Part shown: positions 29,483 through 41,528 of the stretch, piece by piece
Numbering within the stretch: position 1 is the first letter of the stretch
How the letters are laid out: every line of letters starts with the position of its first letter
Origin: Dictyostelium discoideum
Lineage: Eukaryota
DNA length: 64,000 bases
Assembly (NCBI GenBank): GCA_000004695.1
Contig: CM000153.2
Coordinates: 4,608,001 to 4,672,000 of the forward strand
Direction of reading: 5' to 3'
Position numbers and translations under genes: made by a program
Notes under the pieces: model-generated
What the model saw: the letters and a program-made list of their open reading frames with translations, nothing else
Database searches by the model: none
What the model was told of the DNA's origin: nothing

Positions 29483-31599
29483 TCATATGAATTGATCAAA
29501 AGATATAATATTTGGGAGAGATGATTCTGGAATACAATAGTAATTAGCTGTTGTTTTTCTTAGCTTGATCGTTGAAGTGAGAAGGATCTTAGGATCTTTG
29601 AAGTTATTATGGTCTTTTGCTGATAAGTTTTTCAGATCTTTTGCTTTTTTGATGTATTCTAGAGTGGCCAATTTGTGCCATTTCTTTAGAAGGGAGCTGT
29701 ATGATAGTGATTCATCTGTTAAAGGATCTTCACTGTATATTTGATTGCAAATCCAAATCCAAATGTTGTGGAGGATAAGGGCCATTAGGTTTCTATATGC
29801 GAATGATCTGGTTAGATCATAGTCTATTGCTTTATAGTTCCATTCAAAGTATTCTTTGTGGAATCTGTGGTTGGCGTAATCTGCATTCACTTCTTGATCT
29901 TTTTTGGCTGTCGGTGATAATTTTGGAGTTATTCTATTAATGAAATTGTTATTTTGCCTAATTCTTGTATGGTGCCAGTTTTTACCTTTGCCTGTGGTAA
30001 TATAGATGAAATTTTTGAGTTTATTTATTTTTATGAATTGTTTTGTTTTCTTGCATGAGAAGAACAGGTGACCGTATGGGTCTTTGCTCATATCTTCTTT
30101 GCAGAGTGGGCATTGTTTGTTGTGAAGGTAGTTTATTGGAAGGCATCTGGCATGGAATCTAAACATTGTGTCTCTTGTTTTAGGGTCTTTTATCTTCAGT
30201 ATGTTGTTGAAGAGTTGATTATAGCTGTAGCCTCTTAAGTTTAGAGATGATTGGAATTCCGTTTTAGGGATGGTTGGATTTTGGTCTTGAATTGTGGTAT
30301 ACCATTCTGCCAGTGAAAGTGGTTGTCCATTTTCGTTTTTTATGGATGTGAGATTATTGTTGAAGATTGCTTTTTTTATTCTTATTTTGTTCCATTCATC
30401 TAAGTTTTCTTTTAGGTATCTGGATGTGAATTTGTTTTTTTGGATCTGATATTCCCAGCTTTTGTGATGAGATGAGTTTGTTTGTTTGGTTTCTAGTGCT
30501 AGGATGAACTGGTTTATGATCCAAAGTTTCTGCGCCAGTTGTCTCAATTCTATATTCCAAATGTTCCAGCCCCCTACTTTTAGTGGGTATCTTGCTCTTT
30601 TGGTTCTCATTAAATTAATAACTTGAAATCCACTAGCATTTTTGTTGTTTGGTGCCGATAAAAACCATTCGACTAATTTATTGATTTGGTTTAATTCCTC
30701 TTCCTTAAAGTTCTCTACATATGAATAGTAGGTTAATTTAGAGAGTGCGAATGCTTTGAGGATGTTGGTTTTGGTTTTGATTGTTGAGTCAGTGGTTTTC
30801 CATAGTACTAAGGATGATCTTATTGTGTTTAATATTTCTGGTATTTTTCTTGTTATCCCTTTGCCTGTGAAGAAGTATCCCAAGTATCTTTCTGGATTTG
30901 TAGATATTGGTATTCTTTGGTTGGTATTGTCTGGGTTGCCTATAAGAATTGATGAAGATTTGTCGATGTTTAGTTTTGAGGAAGTGGCTTTGCAAAATGA
31001 ATTGAAGTGTTGTAGTACTAATTCAAGTTGTTGAGAGTCTGGGACCATTGAAGCCGAGTCGTCTGCAAAGCTTTGGAATTTCTCTCTGTGGTCGCTGTTG
31101 TTTAGAGGAAGGCCAGTAATTCGGTCATCTTGTAAAATTTTTCTAGCTAAAGCCTCTATTACAAGGACGAACAGGGTGGGTGATAGTGGATCTCCTTGTT
31201 TGACTCCTCTTTTGATCTCAAAGGGTATAGTAGTTCTACCATTAATTTCAATTCTTGCTTCAGATTTGGTGAGTAGATTCATTATCAGGTTGATTATATT
31301 GGTTGGAATGTTGATGTGTTGTAGTGATCTGAGTATTGAACCGTGTGAAATCGAGTCAAAAGCTTTTTCGAAATCATATAGTGTAATTATTCCGTTAATT
31401 CTTTTATCATTACAATAGTTGATTAATTCGTTCATTGATATGATATTATCTATAATGAATCTGCCTGGTACGAAACCTTTTTGATTGTGGTTGATCACTT
31501 TCGTTAGTATTGGGATTATTCTATTGTTTATTAGTTTTGAGTGGATTTTATATATACAGTTAGCCAGTGTAATTGGTCTTCTGTTTTTGATTAGTTCGG
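29483..31599 (-). CDS. Retrotransposon ORF2-like reverse transcriptase, 3' portion up to the gap, including the C-terminal Zn-binding motif.
   Basis: See the mobile element above. The ORF track's 792-aa ORF reads through the Ns. Confidence 0.65.
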
Positions 31600-31699
31600 N
31601 NNNNNNNNNNNNNNNNNNNNNNNNNNNNNNNNNNNNNNNNNNNNNNNNNNNNNNNNNNNNNNNNNNNNNNNNNNNNNNNNNNNNNNNNNNNNNNNNNNN
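31600..31699. other. Assembly gap of exactly 100 N.
   Basis: A run of 100 n characters. Confidence 0.99.
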
Positions 31700-33267
31700 T
31701 CTAAGTTTTCTTTTAGGTATCTGGATGTGAATTTGTTTTTTTGGATCTGATATTCCCAGCTTTTGTGATGAGATGAGTTTGTTTGTTTGGTTTCTAGTGC
31801 TAGGATGAACTGGTTTATGATCCAAAGTTTCTGCGCCAGTTGTCTCAATTCTATATTCCAAATGTTCCAGCCCCCTACTTTTAGTGGGTATCTTGCTCTT
31901 TTGGTTCTCATTAAATTAATAACTTGAAATCCACTAGCATTTTTGTTGTTTGGTGCCGATAAAAACCATTCGACTAATTTATTGATTTGGTTTAATTCCT
32001 CTTCCTTAAAGTTCTCTACATATGAATAGTAGGTTAATTTAGAGAGTGCGAATGCTTTGAGGATGTTGGTTTTGGTTTTGATTGTTGAGTCAGTGGTTTT
32101 CCATAGTACTAAGGATGATCTTATTGTGTTTAATATTTCTGGTATTTTTCTTGTTATCCCTTTGCCTGTGAAGAAGTATCCCAAGTATCTTTCTGGATTT
32201 GTAGATATTGGTATTCTTTGGTTGGTATTGTCTGGGTTGCCTATAAGAATTGATGAAGATTTGTCGATGTTTAGTTTTGAGGAAGTGGCTTTGCAAAATG
32301 AATTGAAGTGTTGTAGTACTAATTCAAGTTGTTGAGAGTCTGGGACCATTGAAGCCGAGTCGTCTGCAAAGCTTTGGAATTTCTCTCTGTGGTCGCTGTT
32401 GTTTAGAGGAAGGCCAGTAATTCGGTCATCTTGTAAAATTTTTCTAGCTAAAGCCTCTATTACAAGGACGAACAGGGTGGGTGATAGTGGATCTCCTTGT
32501 TTGACTCCTCTTTTGATCTCAAAGGGTATAGTAGTTCTACCATTAATTTCAATTCTTGCTTCAGATTTGGTGAGTAGATTCATTATCAGGTTGATTATAT
32601 TGGTTGGAATGTTGATGTGTTGTAGTGATCTGAGTATTGAACCGTGTGAAATCGAGTCAAAAGCTTTTTCGAAATCATATAGTGTAATTATTCCGTTAAT
32701 TCTTTTATCATTACAATAGTTGATTAATTCGTTCATTGATATGATATTATCTATAATGAATCTGCCTGGTACGAAACCTTTTTGATTGTGGTTGATCACT
32801 TTCGTTAGTATTGGGATTATTCTATTGTTTATTAGTTTTGAGTGGATTTTATATATACAGTTAGCCAGTGTAATTGGTCTTCTGTTTTTGATTAGTTCGG
32901 GGTCTCCCTTTTTAGGTATCGTGATAATGAGGCCTTCTTTGTAATTTTTGCTAATTAGATGAGGATTTCTTAGAGTGTCGTTGAATGCTGAGGCCAGTAT
33001 TGGAGCTAGTTTTTCTTTGTGTGTTATGTAGAATAAGTTTGGAATTCCATCTGGGCCTGGAGATTTGTGTGGGTTCAATTGTTTTATTACTTCTAGGATC
33101 TCTTGTGTTGTGAATTCATTTTCAAGGTTGTCCCATGTTGAGTCCCTGGTCACTGTCCAATTTTCCAACATTTCATAATACTGAATGAACCACGATCTTA
33201 AGTCACACGGATTTAACCAGACTTTCCTACCCTTGCTTTGGATGAAAATTATTTTCTTTAACGACAT
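31700..33267 (-). CDS. Retrotransposon ORF2-like reverse transcriptase, 5' portion. RT domains 0-7 begin almost at the ORF start.
   Basis: A 558-aa ORF. Positions 31700-32900 are near-identical to 30398-31599. Confidence 0.65.
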
Positions 33268-33694
33268 AAGGCGTAGTTTAAATTTATGTTATCCAATTCA
33301 AAAAAAAATAAGGCGTAGTAATGAATTATAATTCATGAAAAACCATTTTTATCTATTTTAATTCAAAATCACTTTTTTTAAATTTAATTTTTTAATCATG
33401 ATTAAATGGTAATGTTCTGTTACTGAATGTCAAAATTTTATAACCAAAAAATCAAAAGAAAAAAATTAAAAAAATTGATCACTTCTTTTATTATAAATTT
33501 TATTAATATATTCTTTTTTTTTTTTTTTACAAATTTGGAGAGATATTTATATATTTTTTTAATATAAAATAATTATTAAAATAAATCATATAATAATTTT
33601 TTTTTTTTTTTTTTGAAATGTTTTTTTTGAAATTTTCTTTTTTTTTTTTTTTTTTAATAAATTATTTTTATTTTTTAAAACACAATGGTAAAAG

Positions 33695-34347
33695 ATGAAT
33701 GAAGAAAATGAATTAAAAACAAATACAACTACAACTAATACTACAACAACTAGTTCATTTTTACAATTTTTACCAACCTCTGGTTCATTTTCTAAATATA
33801 ATGTGAAAAAACCAGTATGTATTCAAATTGTTAATTTCAAATTGTTTAAATGTATTTGAAATTAATTTTTTTTTCTTTTTTTTTTTTTTAGGCATCAACC
33901 CAAACTATACCCAAATATATTGCATCTCATAATACAAACCCACCAAGTAAGTTAAATAAATAATAATACTTAAACATAAATATCACATATGTAGACTATC
34001 ATACTAATGATTATCTTTTTTTTTTTTTCATTTTAAAATTAGATGATGAATTTGTAAAAAATGAGGAAAATAATATATTAATTAGATCATTAACTAAAAA
34101 TTCTGTCAATAAAAGGTATATATATATATATATATATATAATAAAAGAAAAACAAAATCGTTTAAAACTAACTCTTATAAATTATTATTTTTATTATTTT
34201 CAATAGGATTAATGAACAAATTCCAAATGCAAATAGGCAACAAAAAAAGATAGATAGCAATTATAATGATGATAGTGATGGTGATAATGATGATCAACAA
34301 GTTTATTCTTCAGAAATAGATGATTTTAGTCCAAATAAAAGGTCAAG

Positions 34348-34354
<7 letters not shown>
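33695..34354 (+). CDS. Small 4-exon gene (exons 33695-33814, 33892-33946, 34043-34115, 34207-34354) encoding a roughly 131-aa hydrophilic Asn/Thr/Asp-rich protein of unknown function.
   Basis: Three canonical introns: GTATGT...TTTAG (77 nt), GTAAGT...AATTAG (96 nt) and GTATAT...CAATAG (91 nt). All have consistent phases (0,1,2) and give an uninterrupted frame: MNEENELKTNTTTTNTTTTSSFLQFLPTSGSFSKYNVKKP|ASTQTIPKYIASHNTNPP|NDEFVKNEENNILIRSLTKNSVNK|RINEQIPNANRQQKKIDSNYNDDSDGDNDDQQVYSSEIDDFSPNKRSRS*. The exons are GC-richer than the introns. Every exon is under 60 codons, so the gene is absent from the ORF track. Confidence 0.4.
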
Positions 34355-34399
<45 letters not shown>

Positions 34400-34560
34400 C
34401 CAGGAAAGTTATTTAAAAAATCAAAACTATATTTATCATTTGTTTGATGTATATGAATTTTTTTTTTTTTTTTTTTAAAAAAATTTATATCTTTCTATTT
34501 TTAGAAAAGAATTATACTGAAAACATATTTCATATTTTCGTGCATAAACAACAAAATGAA

Positions 34561-34598
<38 letters not shown>

Positions 34599-34678
34599 TT
34601 GCATTTTTAATTTTTTTTTTTTAATTTTTTTTTTTTCTTATGTTAACATAATCAAAAAGACGATAAATAAATAAAAAA

Positions 34679-36379
34679 ATGTTTCGAATAATTAAAAATG
34701 TTAATAAATTATTAATAAATAATAATAATAGTTATTATAATAATAATAGTAGAAATTTACAAATTAAAAATTATTTTGCATCATCTAAAAAGGAAATAGG
34801 TGAAATTATTGAAAAAAGGATGGATAGAGGAAAAATAAAAGAAAGGAAAAAAACCAAATTTGTAAGTCAAGCATATAGAAGTATAATAGAAAGAAGAGAA
34901 GAAGAGGTTGTTATTATTGATAAAATAAGGATGGATACAGGAGAAATAAAAGAAAGTCAGACAAATTATACAAGTGTTCCAGAAAGAGGAGAAACAGAGG
35001 ATATTGCTAATGATGAAAAAAAGTCAAATTCACCCAAATCATTACATATTACAGATTTAATAGAATTTTGTAATACACATAATCAAGAGATTGAACAAAA
35101 TTTAAAAGATAAATCAAAGAAACCAATGGCATTATGTTTTGCATACAATGGCTCCAAATATTATGGATCATCGTATTCTTTTGATATCAGATTTCCAGCA
35201 ATTGAAAACCTAATAGAGAAATCCTTAATTAGAAATGGTCATATAGCATTGGAGAATATTGGTAATTTAAAAAGAATAAAGTTAAGTAGAAGTAGTAGAA
35301 CTGATAAAGGTGTTCATTCAGTATCGACTGTTATTTCAGCATTTCTATTAATTGACAAAGAAACAGAGAGACTTGCCCAATTTGGCACGCCACCACAATA
35401 TTTCATTGATAATATTAATCGTTATTTACCATCTGATATAAGATTAATTTCAGCGACAAAACCAAGTCGTACATTTAGAGCAAGACCAGCATCCAAAAGT
35501 AGAGTTTATAATTATTTAGTACCAATGGATCATTTAAAAGATATTTCAATCGATCGAATGAATAGCATACTTTCAAATTTCATTGGTACTTCTTCTTTCC
35601 ATAATTACACTTATCAACGTTTTACTTATCTTGATAGTAATACATTAAAGAAATTATCAAAAATTAATGATACTCAAGATGAGAATGAAAATAATGACGA
35701 TGAGGAGGATGAGGAGGAGGATGATGAAGAAGATGGTAATGATAATACAAAAATTGATATTGAAAAAGAAGTTGAAGAATTAGAGAAATTAGAAAATAAA
35801 AAAAATATAGAAATAGATAGATTGGCTGAAAGTGAATTATTTAGAAAGAATCCAGTAAATGTTAGAACAATTATGAATTTTTATGTTGAAAAAGAAACTG
35901 TACTATTTGAAGGTAAACAATGGTATAGATTCGTTGTAGTTGGTGATTCATTTTTAATGTATCAAATTAGAAAAATGATGGGTTTCTTCCTTTCAGTTGT
36001 TAAAGGTTATCAAAATGAGATAGGACTCCAATTATCTTTGAAATCACCATTTTCAATCTGTTCTCCAATTTCACCTCCTTTTCCTTTATTTTTATATGAT
36101 GTTAATTTTCCAAGGGAAAAAATTTTACTCCCAGTATCCAGACAAATACAAAATGAATTTTTAAATTCTAAATTAATGCCACATCTCCACAAAATAGAAA
36201 ATGAAACTAATCAATTCTCTGAATTTTTTAATCAATTATCAACTTTTAATTTCCGTTTAGATGATATTGATCAATTAATAATATTAAATAAAGAATTTCA
36301 TGAAAAAATTGAACTAAAAAAAGCAGAAAGAGAAAAAAGAATAGAAGATTATAATAATAATTATAATAATAATAATAAT

Positions 36380-36456
<77 letters not shown>

Positions 36457-36526
36457 TAATAATTATAATTATAATAATAATTATAATAATATTTATAATA
36501 ATTATAATAATTATAAGCGTAAATAA
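34679..36526 (+). CDS. tRNA pseudouridine synthase, TruA/Pus1-Pus3 family, with N- and C-terminal low-complexity extensions.
   Basis: A 615-aa ORF containing the TruA-family catalytic motif SRTDKGVHS (RTDxGVH with the catalytic Asp). The block PMALCFAYNGSKYYGS is typical of the TruA N-terminal domain. An (AAT)n poly-N tail is present. Confidence 0.8.
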
Positions 36527-36642
36527 ATAAATAAATAAATAAATGAAAAAATAAAAAAAGAAAGAAGGAATGTACATTTTTTATTTTATTTTATTATATT
36601 TTATTTTATTTTATTTTATTTTATTTTATTTTATTTTATTAT

Positions 36643-36987
36643 CTAATTTGAAGTAAATGTAATTAAAATTAAAAATGATGGATATATTATAAATGGAAGT
36701 AAAGCTGCAATTGAGTATCTTCTAATATGTTTATTTGGTTCTTGAATATACATTATTGAATAAATTAATGGGAAATATAATAATAATCCAATGAAAAAGA
36801 ATAATCTTGCATAATAATAATGTTTACATTTTATTTTATCTTGTCTAAAATCAATATAATTATTTTGTTTTTCTTGTTGATCTTGTGTGTATTTTTTTTC
36901 TTTATTTTTGAAATTAATATTATTATTTTCTTCTAATAAACTTTCACTATCATTTAAAATATAATTTTTATTATTTTGAAAAACCAT
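36643..36987 (-). CDS. Small 2-TM membrane protein, paralogous to the ORF at 37438-37722 and divergently oriented to it. A possible PIG-P-like fold is speculative.
   Basis: A 114-aa ORF. The shared architecture with its neighbour is a hydrophilic N-terminus, then TM1 (RLFFFIGLLLYFPLIY), a short loop with EPNKH, then RRYSIAALLPFIIY as TM2. The matching segment in the neighbour is KRYAIGSLFWLIFSII. Confidence 0.3.
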   Translation of the reverse strand: MVFQNNKNYILNDSESLLEENNNINFKNKEKKYTQDQQEKQNNYIDFRQDKIKCKHYYYARLFFFIGLLLYFPLIYSIMYIQEPNKHIRRYSIAALLPFIIYPSFLILITFTSN

Positions 36988-37437
36988 TTTTATTTTTATT
37001 TTAATTATTACTTTAAAATGGTTATGTAAATTTTTAATTTTCTTTTTTTTCTTTTTATTTTCTCTTTTCTTTTATTTTTTTTTTTTTTTATTTTTTTTTT
37101 TTATTTTTATTTTCATTTTCATTAAAAATATTAATGAAATAACAAACCCATTGCATATTCATATATGGTTTCATTTTTTAAAAATTATTTTGAGTAATTT
37201 ATTGATTAGGTTTTAAAAATTATGTGTGGTATGAAAAATAATAATTAAAAAATCTAAACAACCACACCCACAACACATTATCATTTTTAAAAAATTTTTA
37301 AAATGTAAAAATGGTTTTTTTTTTTTGTTTAAAGAAAAAAAAAAAAAAAAAAATACTAAAATTAAAAATAAAAGGCATAGTTTAAGAAACTTTTAAACTA
37401 ATAAACAAATATATAATTTTATACTTAAAATAAATAA

Positions 37438-37722
37438 ATGACATTTGAAGAAATAGATTTAAAAGAAAATATAGATAAACATGTATTTGTTAAAACATGT
37501 CAATGTGGTATTAATTCATTCGATAATTCAGAATCAAAAAGATCAAAAATAATATTTATAATTGGTCACGTTTTTATTTTTATGCATTTATTTAATTTAC
37601 CAAAACTTTGGTCAAATAATGAAACTTCAAAAAGATATGCAATAGGTTCTTTATTTTGGTTAATTTTTTCAATTATAGTAATTTCTTATTCATTTTTATT
37701 TATTAAATTTAAAATGGTTTAA
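37438..37722 (+). CDS. Small 2-TM membrane protein, paralog of the 36643-36987 ORF.
   Basis: A 94-aa ORF with TM1 IIFIIGHVFIFMHLF, loop NLPKLWSNNETS, then KRYAIGSLFWLIFSIIVISYSFLF. The pair is divergently arranged around a shared AT-rich promoter region. Confidence 0.3.
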   Translation: MTFEEIDLKENIDKHVFVKTCQCGINSFDNSESKRSKIIFIIGHVFIFMHLFNLPKLWSNNETSKRYAIGSLFWLIFSIIVISYSFLFIKFKMV

Positions 37723-38320
37723 AACATTTTTAAATTAAATGTATAAAATTATCAAACTTTTAAAAAAAAATAAAAATAAAAATAAAAATAAAAATAAAAA
37801 TAAAAAATAAAAATAATAATTGTAATAACAAATAAAATTTTAATAATAAATCAAAATAATGTAAATCATCCTATTTTTTTTTTTTTTTTTTTTTTTCATT
37901 ATTATTTTTTTTATTTATATTTTATTTTTATTATTTTCATTATTATTATTTGAATATTTGTTAAAATTATTTCAACACACCAAACAATGTATAAAAACAA
38001 TAAATTACCCCCAAATAATTAATTTTATTAAGAATATTGAGGTGTGGTGTTTTTGTTTTATTCAATGAATTTCCTTTTTTTTATGACAGGTAGTGTGATA
38101 CTACAAGTTTGAAGAGCAAAATTATAAAAAAGATAAATATTTTGAATTTTATATTCAAATAAAATTCGAATATTTTAAATAATAATAATTTTTAATTTAT
38201 TTTTTATACATATAAAATAAATTTTTTTTTTTTTTTTATTTCTTTATTTAATTTTTTTTTTTTTTGATAGGATTTGATAATTAATTATAATACAAATCAA
38301 TTTTTTAAAAAAATTATATT

Positions 38321-39014
38321 ATGAAACTTTTAAATAGTCTTGTTTTATTAGCAGCTCTTTGTGCTATTACTGCAAATGGAAAAATTGTTGAAGGTAATTT
38401 TTCCTTTTTTTTTTTCTTTAAAAATTGGATTTTACCAATGTTAACATTTTCTTTATTAATTTTTAAAAACAATAGATACACCAGATCCATCAACAGTTTA
38501 TAATTTGTTTCAATTAAGTTCATCAGATGGAGGATGTGACCCAGCTGGTACCCATTCACCAGATGCCAATGTTAATGTATCAGTTGATAAATGTAGAAAT
38601 GTTTGTAACAAAAATATAAAGATCTCAAAGGGAACCTCAACAAATCAATTCACATTCCAAACTTATAATGATAATTCATGTAGTCAAGCCACATCAGATC
38701 AAGCATTATCATTCACATGTTCAGACAATGTTAAGAAACAATTAGGAACAAGTATTTATAGTGTCATTTGTAGTACTGGTAGTGATTCCACAAATCCAAC
38801 AAGTACTCCATCCACCACTCCATCTGCTACCCCAACTGTCACTCCATCCACCACTCCAACTGTTACCCCAACTGTCACTCCATCCACCACTCCAACTGTT
38901 GCCCCAACTGTTCCTCCAACTACTCCTCCATCCACAACAACTGGATCTGGTTCTACCGTGGTTGCATCATTTGGTTTAATTGTTTCTATTTTATTGGCTT
39001 CATTAGCTCTTTAA
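38321..39014 (+). CDS. Secreted GPI-anchor-type small cysteine-containing protein with a Thr/Pro-rich stalk (ponticulin-like). Two exons: 38321-38393 and 38476-39014, about 203 aa.
   Basis: Exon 1 encodes the signal peptide MKLLNSLVLLAALCAITANGKIVE and ends at a GTAATT donor. An 82-nt intron ends in CAATAG. Phase 1 is preserved into DTPDPSTVYNLFQLSSSDGGCDP.... Then comes a Cys-containing domain, (TPTVTPS)n mucin-like repeats and a C-terminal hydrophobic tail SFGLIVSILLASLAL. Confidence 0.5.
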
Positions 39015-39354
39015 AATGATTTATTTGATTTTATTTTAACATTACTTTTTGTATCACCATAATTTTTTAAAAAATAAAAATAAAAAAAAACTTAACACGA
39101 AAAAAATAAATTATATTTTTTTTATATATTTTATTAGAAATTCCAAAAAAAAAAAAAAAATTATTATGGGTTATTTTAAATATAATTATTAATTATTTTA
39201 TTTTATTTTAGAAATGCACATAATTAAAAAAAAAAAAAAAAATATCTTCTTGATTTTTTAAAAAATTCCTTGGGTTAATTATTTTAAATATTATTATTAT
39301 TTTTATTTTATTTTTTTTTTTTTGATATTTTTAATACAGATTACTTTATTTTTT

Positions 39355-39397
<43 letters not shown>

Positions 39398-39467
39398 ATA
39401 TATTTATAGATTTTTTTTTTTTTTTTTTTTATTATTATTAATTAAAAAAAATCAAATTTAATAAGAA

Positions 39468-40340
39468 ATGAATAAAAAAGTAATTATTTTAACAGGTGGT
39501 ACAGATGGTATTGGAAGAAATTCATTAAATTATTTAATAAATGAAGATAATTTAAAATTAATTTTACCAATTAGAAATTTAGAAAAAGGTGAAAAGGTAA
39601 TTCAAGAATTAAAATTAATAAATTCAAATATTGATATTACAACTATGGAAATGGATTTATCATCATTTGAATCAATTAAATCATTTGTTAATGAATTTAA
39701 TAAATTGGGTTTACCATTACACACATTGGTAAATAATGCTGGTATTATGTCACCAATTTATAAAAAAACAGTTAATGGATTTGAGTCAACATTTGGTACA
39801 AATTATTTGGGTACATTTTTATTAACAAATTTACTTTTACCAAATTTAAAAAAATCAAATACTGAATCTGATAAAGGTAATATCGTTATTGTCACTAGTA
39901 GAATGCATTATTACGTCTCAACATTGGATATTGATAATTTGGAAAATATTAATGAATCCAATTTTTCAAGTGGTAATGAATATAATAAATCAAAAGTTTG
40001 TGATTTATTATTTGCATTTGAATTAAATAATAGATTAAAATCTGATGGTTATGATAAAATAATCAATGTTAATTCAATTCATCCTGGTTTTCAAATTACA
40101 TCATTGTCAAAAGATCATGGTTGGTTTTCAAATTATATAGTTTTACCAATTTTAACTTTTTTCTTGGGTAATAATATTAATGATATGGGTAAAGCCTTAG
40201 CTGAAATATCATTAAATAAATCAAATGTAAATGGTAAATACTTTCAATTAACTACTGAATCTCAACCTTCAAAATTAGTTACAAATAATGAAATTTCAAA
40301 ATCATTATGGGAAAAAACAATAAAATTACTTGAATTATAA
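39468..40340 (+). CDS. Short-chain dehydrogenase/reductase (SDR) family oxidoreductase.
   Basis: A 290-aa ORF with the N-terminal dinucleotide-binding motif ILTGGTDGIGRNS (TGxxxGIG), NNAG (LVNNAGIM), and the catalytic S...YNKSK (YxxxK) tetrad. Confidence 0.8.
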   Translation: MNKKVIILTGGTDGIGRNSLNYLINEDNLKLILPIRNLEKGEKVIQELKLINSNIDITTMEMDLSSFESIKSFVNEFNKLGLPLHTLVNNAGIMSPIYKKTVNGFESTFGTNYLGTFLLTNLLLPNLKKSNTESDKGNIVIVTSRMHYYVSTLDIDNLENINESNFSSGNEYNKSKVCDLLFAFELNNRLKSDGYDKIINVNSIHPGFQITSLSKDHGWFSNYIVLPILTFFLGNNINDMGKALAEISLNKSNVNGKYFQLTTESQPSKLVTNNEISKSLWEKTIKLLEL

Positions 40341-40422
40341 TTTAAAAATAAAATATTAATTATAAACAAACAATAAAAAATACTTTTATTATAACAAATA
40401 TAAATAATCCAAATAGTAATTT

Positions 40423-40455
<33 letters not shown>

Positions 40456-40883
40456 TTTTTTTCTTATACATTAACATTTAAATGTCAAACTATTATTTAT
40501 TGAATTAAAATGATATCATATTATTAATATAAGTAAACTTTTAGAATTTTAAAATTTATTATTTTTTTTTATTTTTTTTTTTTTATTTTTTTCCATATGT
40601 TTTTTTTTTTTTTTTTAAATAAAACATAGATAAATTAAAATAAAAAAAATAATATTTAAAAAAAAAAAACAGAATAAATTTAATTGATAAAGGAAAAAAA
40701 AATTGGATATATTTACCACTTTCTTTTTTTTTTCAAGATTATTGAATTATAAATCGAGGTATGGGGTGAACTTAGTAATTTTTTTAGTTTTTATTTTTTA
40801 TTTTTTATTTTTTTTTTTTTTTGGGTTTAAAAAATCTATAAATAATTTTTATTTTTTATTTTTTTTTTTTAACATTCTTATAT

Positions 40884-40918
<35 letters not shown>

Positions 40919-40920
40919 TT

Positions 40921-40950
<30 letters not shown>

Positions 40951-40951
<1 letters not shown>

Positions 40952-41433
40952 TGAAATTACTATTTGGATTATTTATATTTGTTATAATTTTCTCAGCAAT
41001 TAATTCTCAAAATATTGTTCAAAGTCCATTTAATTATTTTGAAATTTCAAATGCGTTTTGTGGAAATGTAATTACAACATATCAAATAAATGCAGAAAAT
41101 AATGGTTGTCTTAGATCATGTGAAGATACCAATGTATCAGCCAATTTTGTTAGAATAGTTCAAACAACAACCAATAATAATACTTTTACTGCCACAGAGT
41201 ATACTGATTCCACTTGTACAAATTTACCAGCTACCAATGGTCAAACATTTACATTCACATGTCAATATGATAATAATCAAGTTACACTTGATAATGGTCA
41301 AAGAGTAATATGTTATGATTTAAATACAAAAGCTCCAATTCCAAAGAATGTTAATGATAGTTCAGCATCAAGTAGATTAATTATTAGTTGTTCAATTTTA
41401 TTCCTTGGTTTCATTATTGCTTTATTATTATAA
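40951..41433 (+). CDS. Small secreted cysteine-containing protein with a signal peptide and C-terminal hydrophobic GPI-type tail (ponticulin-like family member).
   Basis: A 160-aa ORF: MKLLFGLFIFVIIFSAINSQ signal, 8 Cys, N-glycosylation sites, and a C-terminal SSRLIISCSILFLGFIIALLL. The architecture matches the gene at 38321. Confidence 0.45.
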
Positions 41434-41528
41434 GATAATAATTTTTTTTTTTAAAAAAAAAAAAAAATAATAAAAAAAAAAAGTTTTAAATTAATTATTT
41501 TAAAATAATATTATAAAATATATTTTAT

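Larger units (their letters stand above)
29050..33300 (-). mobile_element. 5'-truncated non-LTR (LINE-like, probably TRE-type) retrotransposon. It carries an RT domain, a C-terminal Cys/His motif, a 3' UTR and an oligo(A) tail at its minus-strand 3' end. It is interrupted by an assembly gap flanked by a roughly 1.2-kb near-identical direct duplication.
   Basis: Minus-strand ORFs 33267-31700 and 31599-29483 encode RT motifs (SPGPDGIPNLFY; RPITLANC; GFVPGRFIIDNI; ITLYDFEKAFDSISH; FADDSASM as the YXDD box; CPLCKED...HLFFSCKK Cys-His motif). GC content is clearly above the genomic background. There is no endonuclease or ORF1 upstream, so the element is 5'-truncated. A poly-T run at 29366-29389 (an A-tail on the minus strand) and a GC-normal 3' region 29050-29350 follow. 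The end coordinates are approximate. Confidence 0.7.

Noticed and set aside
29050-33700. tRNA gene expected next to a TRE-type retrotransposon
   Set aside because: No tRNA-like box A/box B or GGTTCGAATCC-type T-arm is visible on either strand within the flanks contained in the window.
37262-37275. acccacaa motif resembling the Dictyostelium DUSE ncRNA-promoter element
   Set aside because: No structured or GC-richer ncRNA-like sequence follows at the expected distance of about 60 nt, only oligo-T/A. It is probably a chance match within the shared promoter of the 2-TM gene pair.
40262-40954. ORFs 40262-40477(-) and 40703-40954(+)
   Set aside because: They are AT-rich intergenic DNA with poly-K/F content. 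They sit between the well-defined SDR and ponticulin-like genes and carry no motifs.
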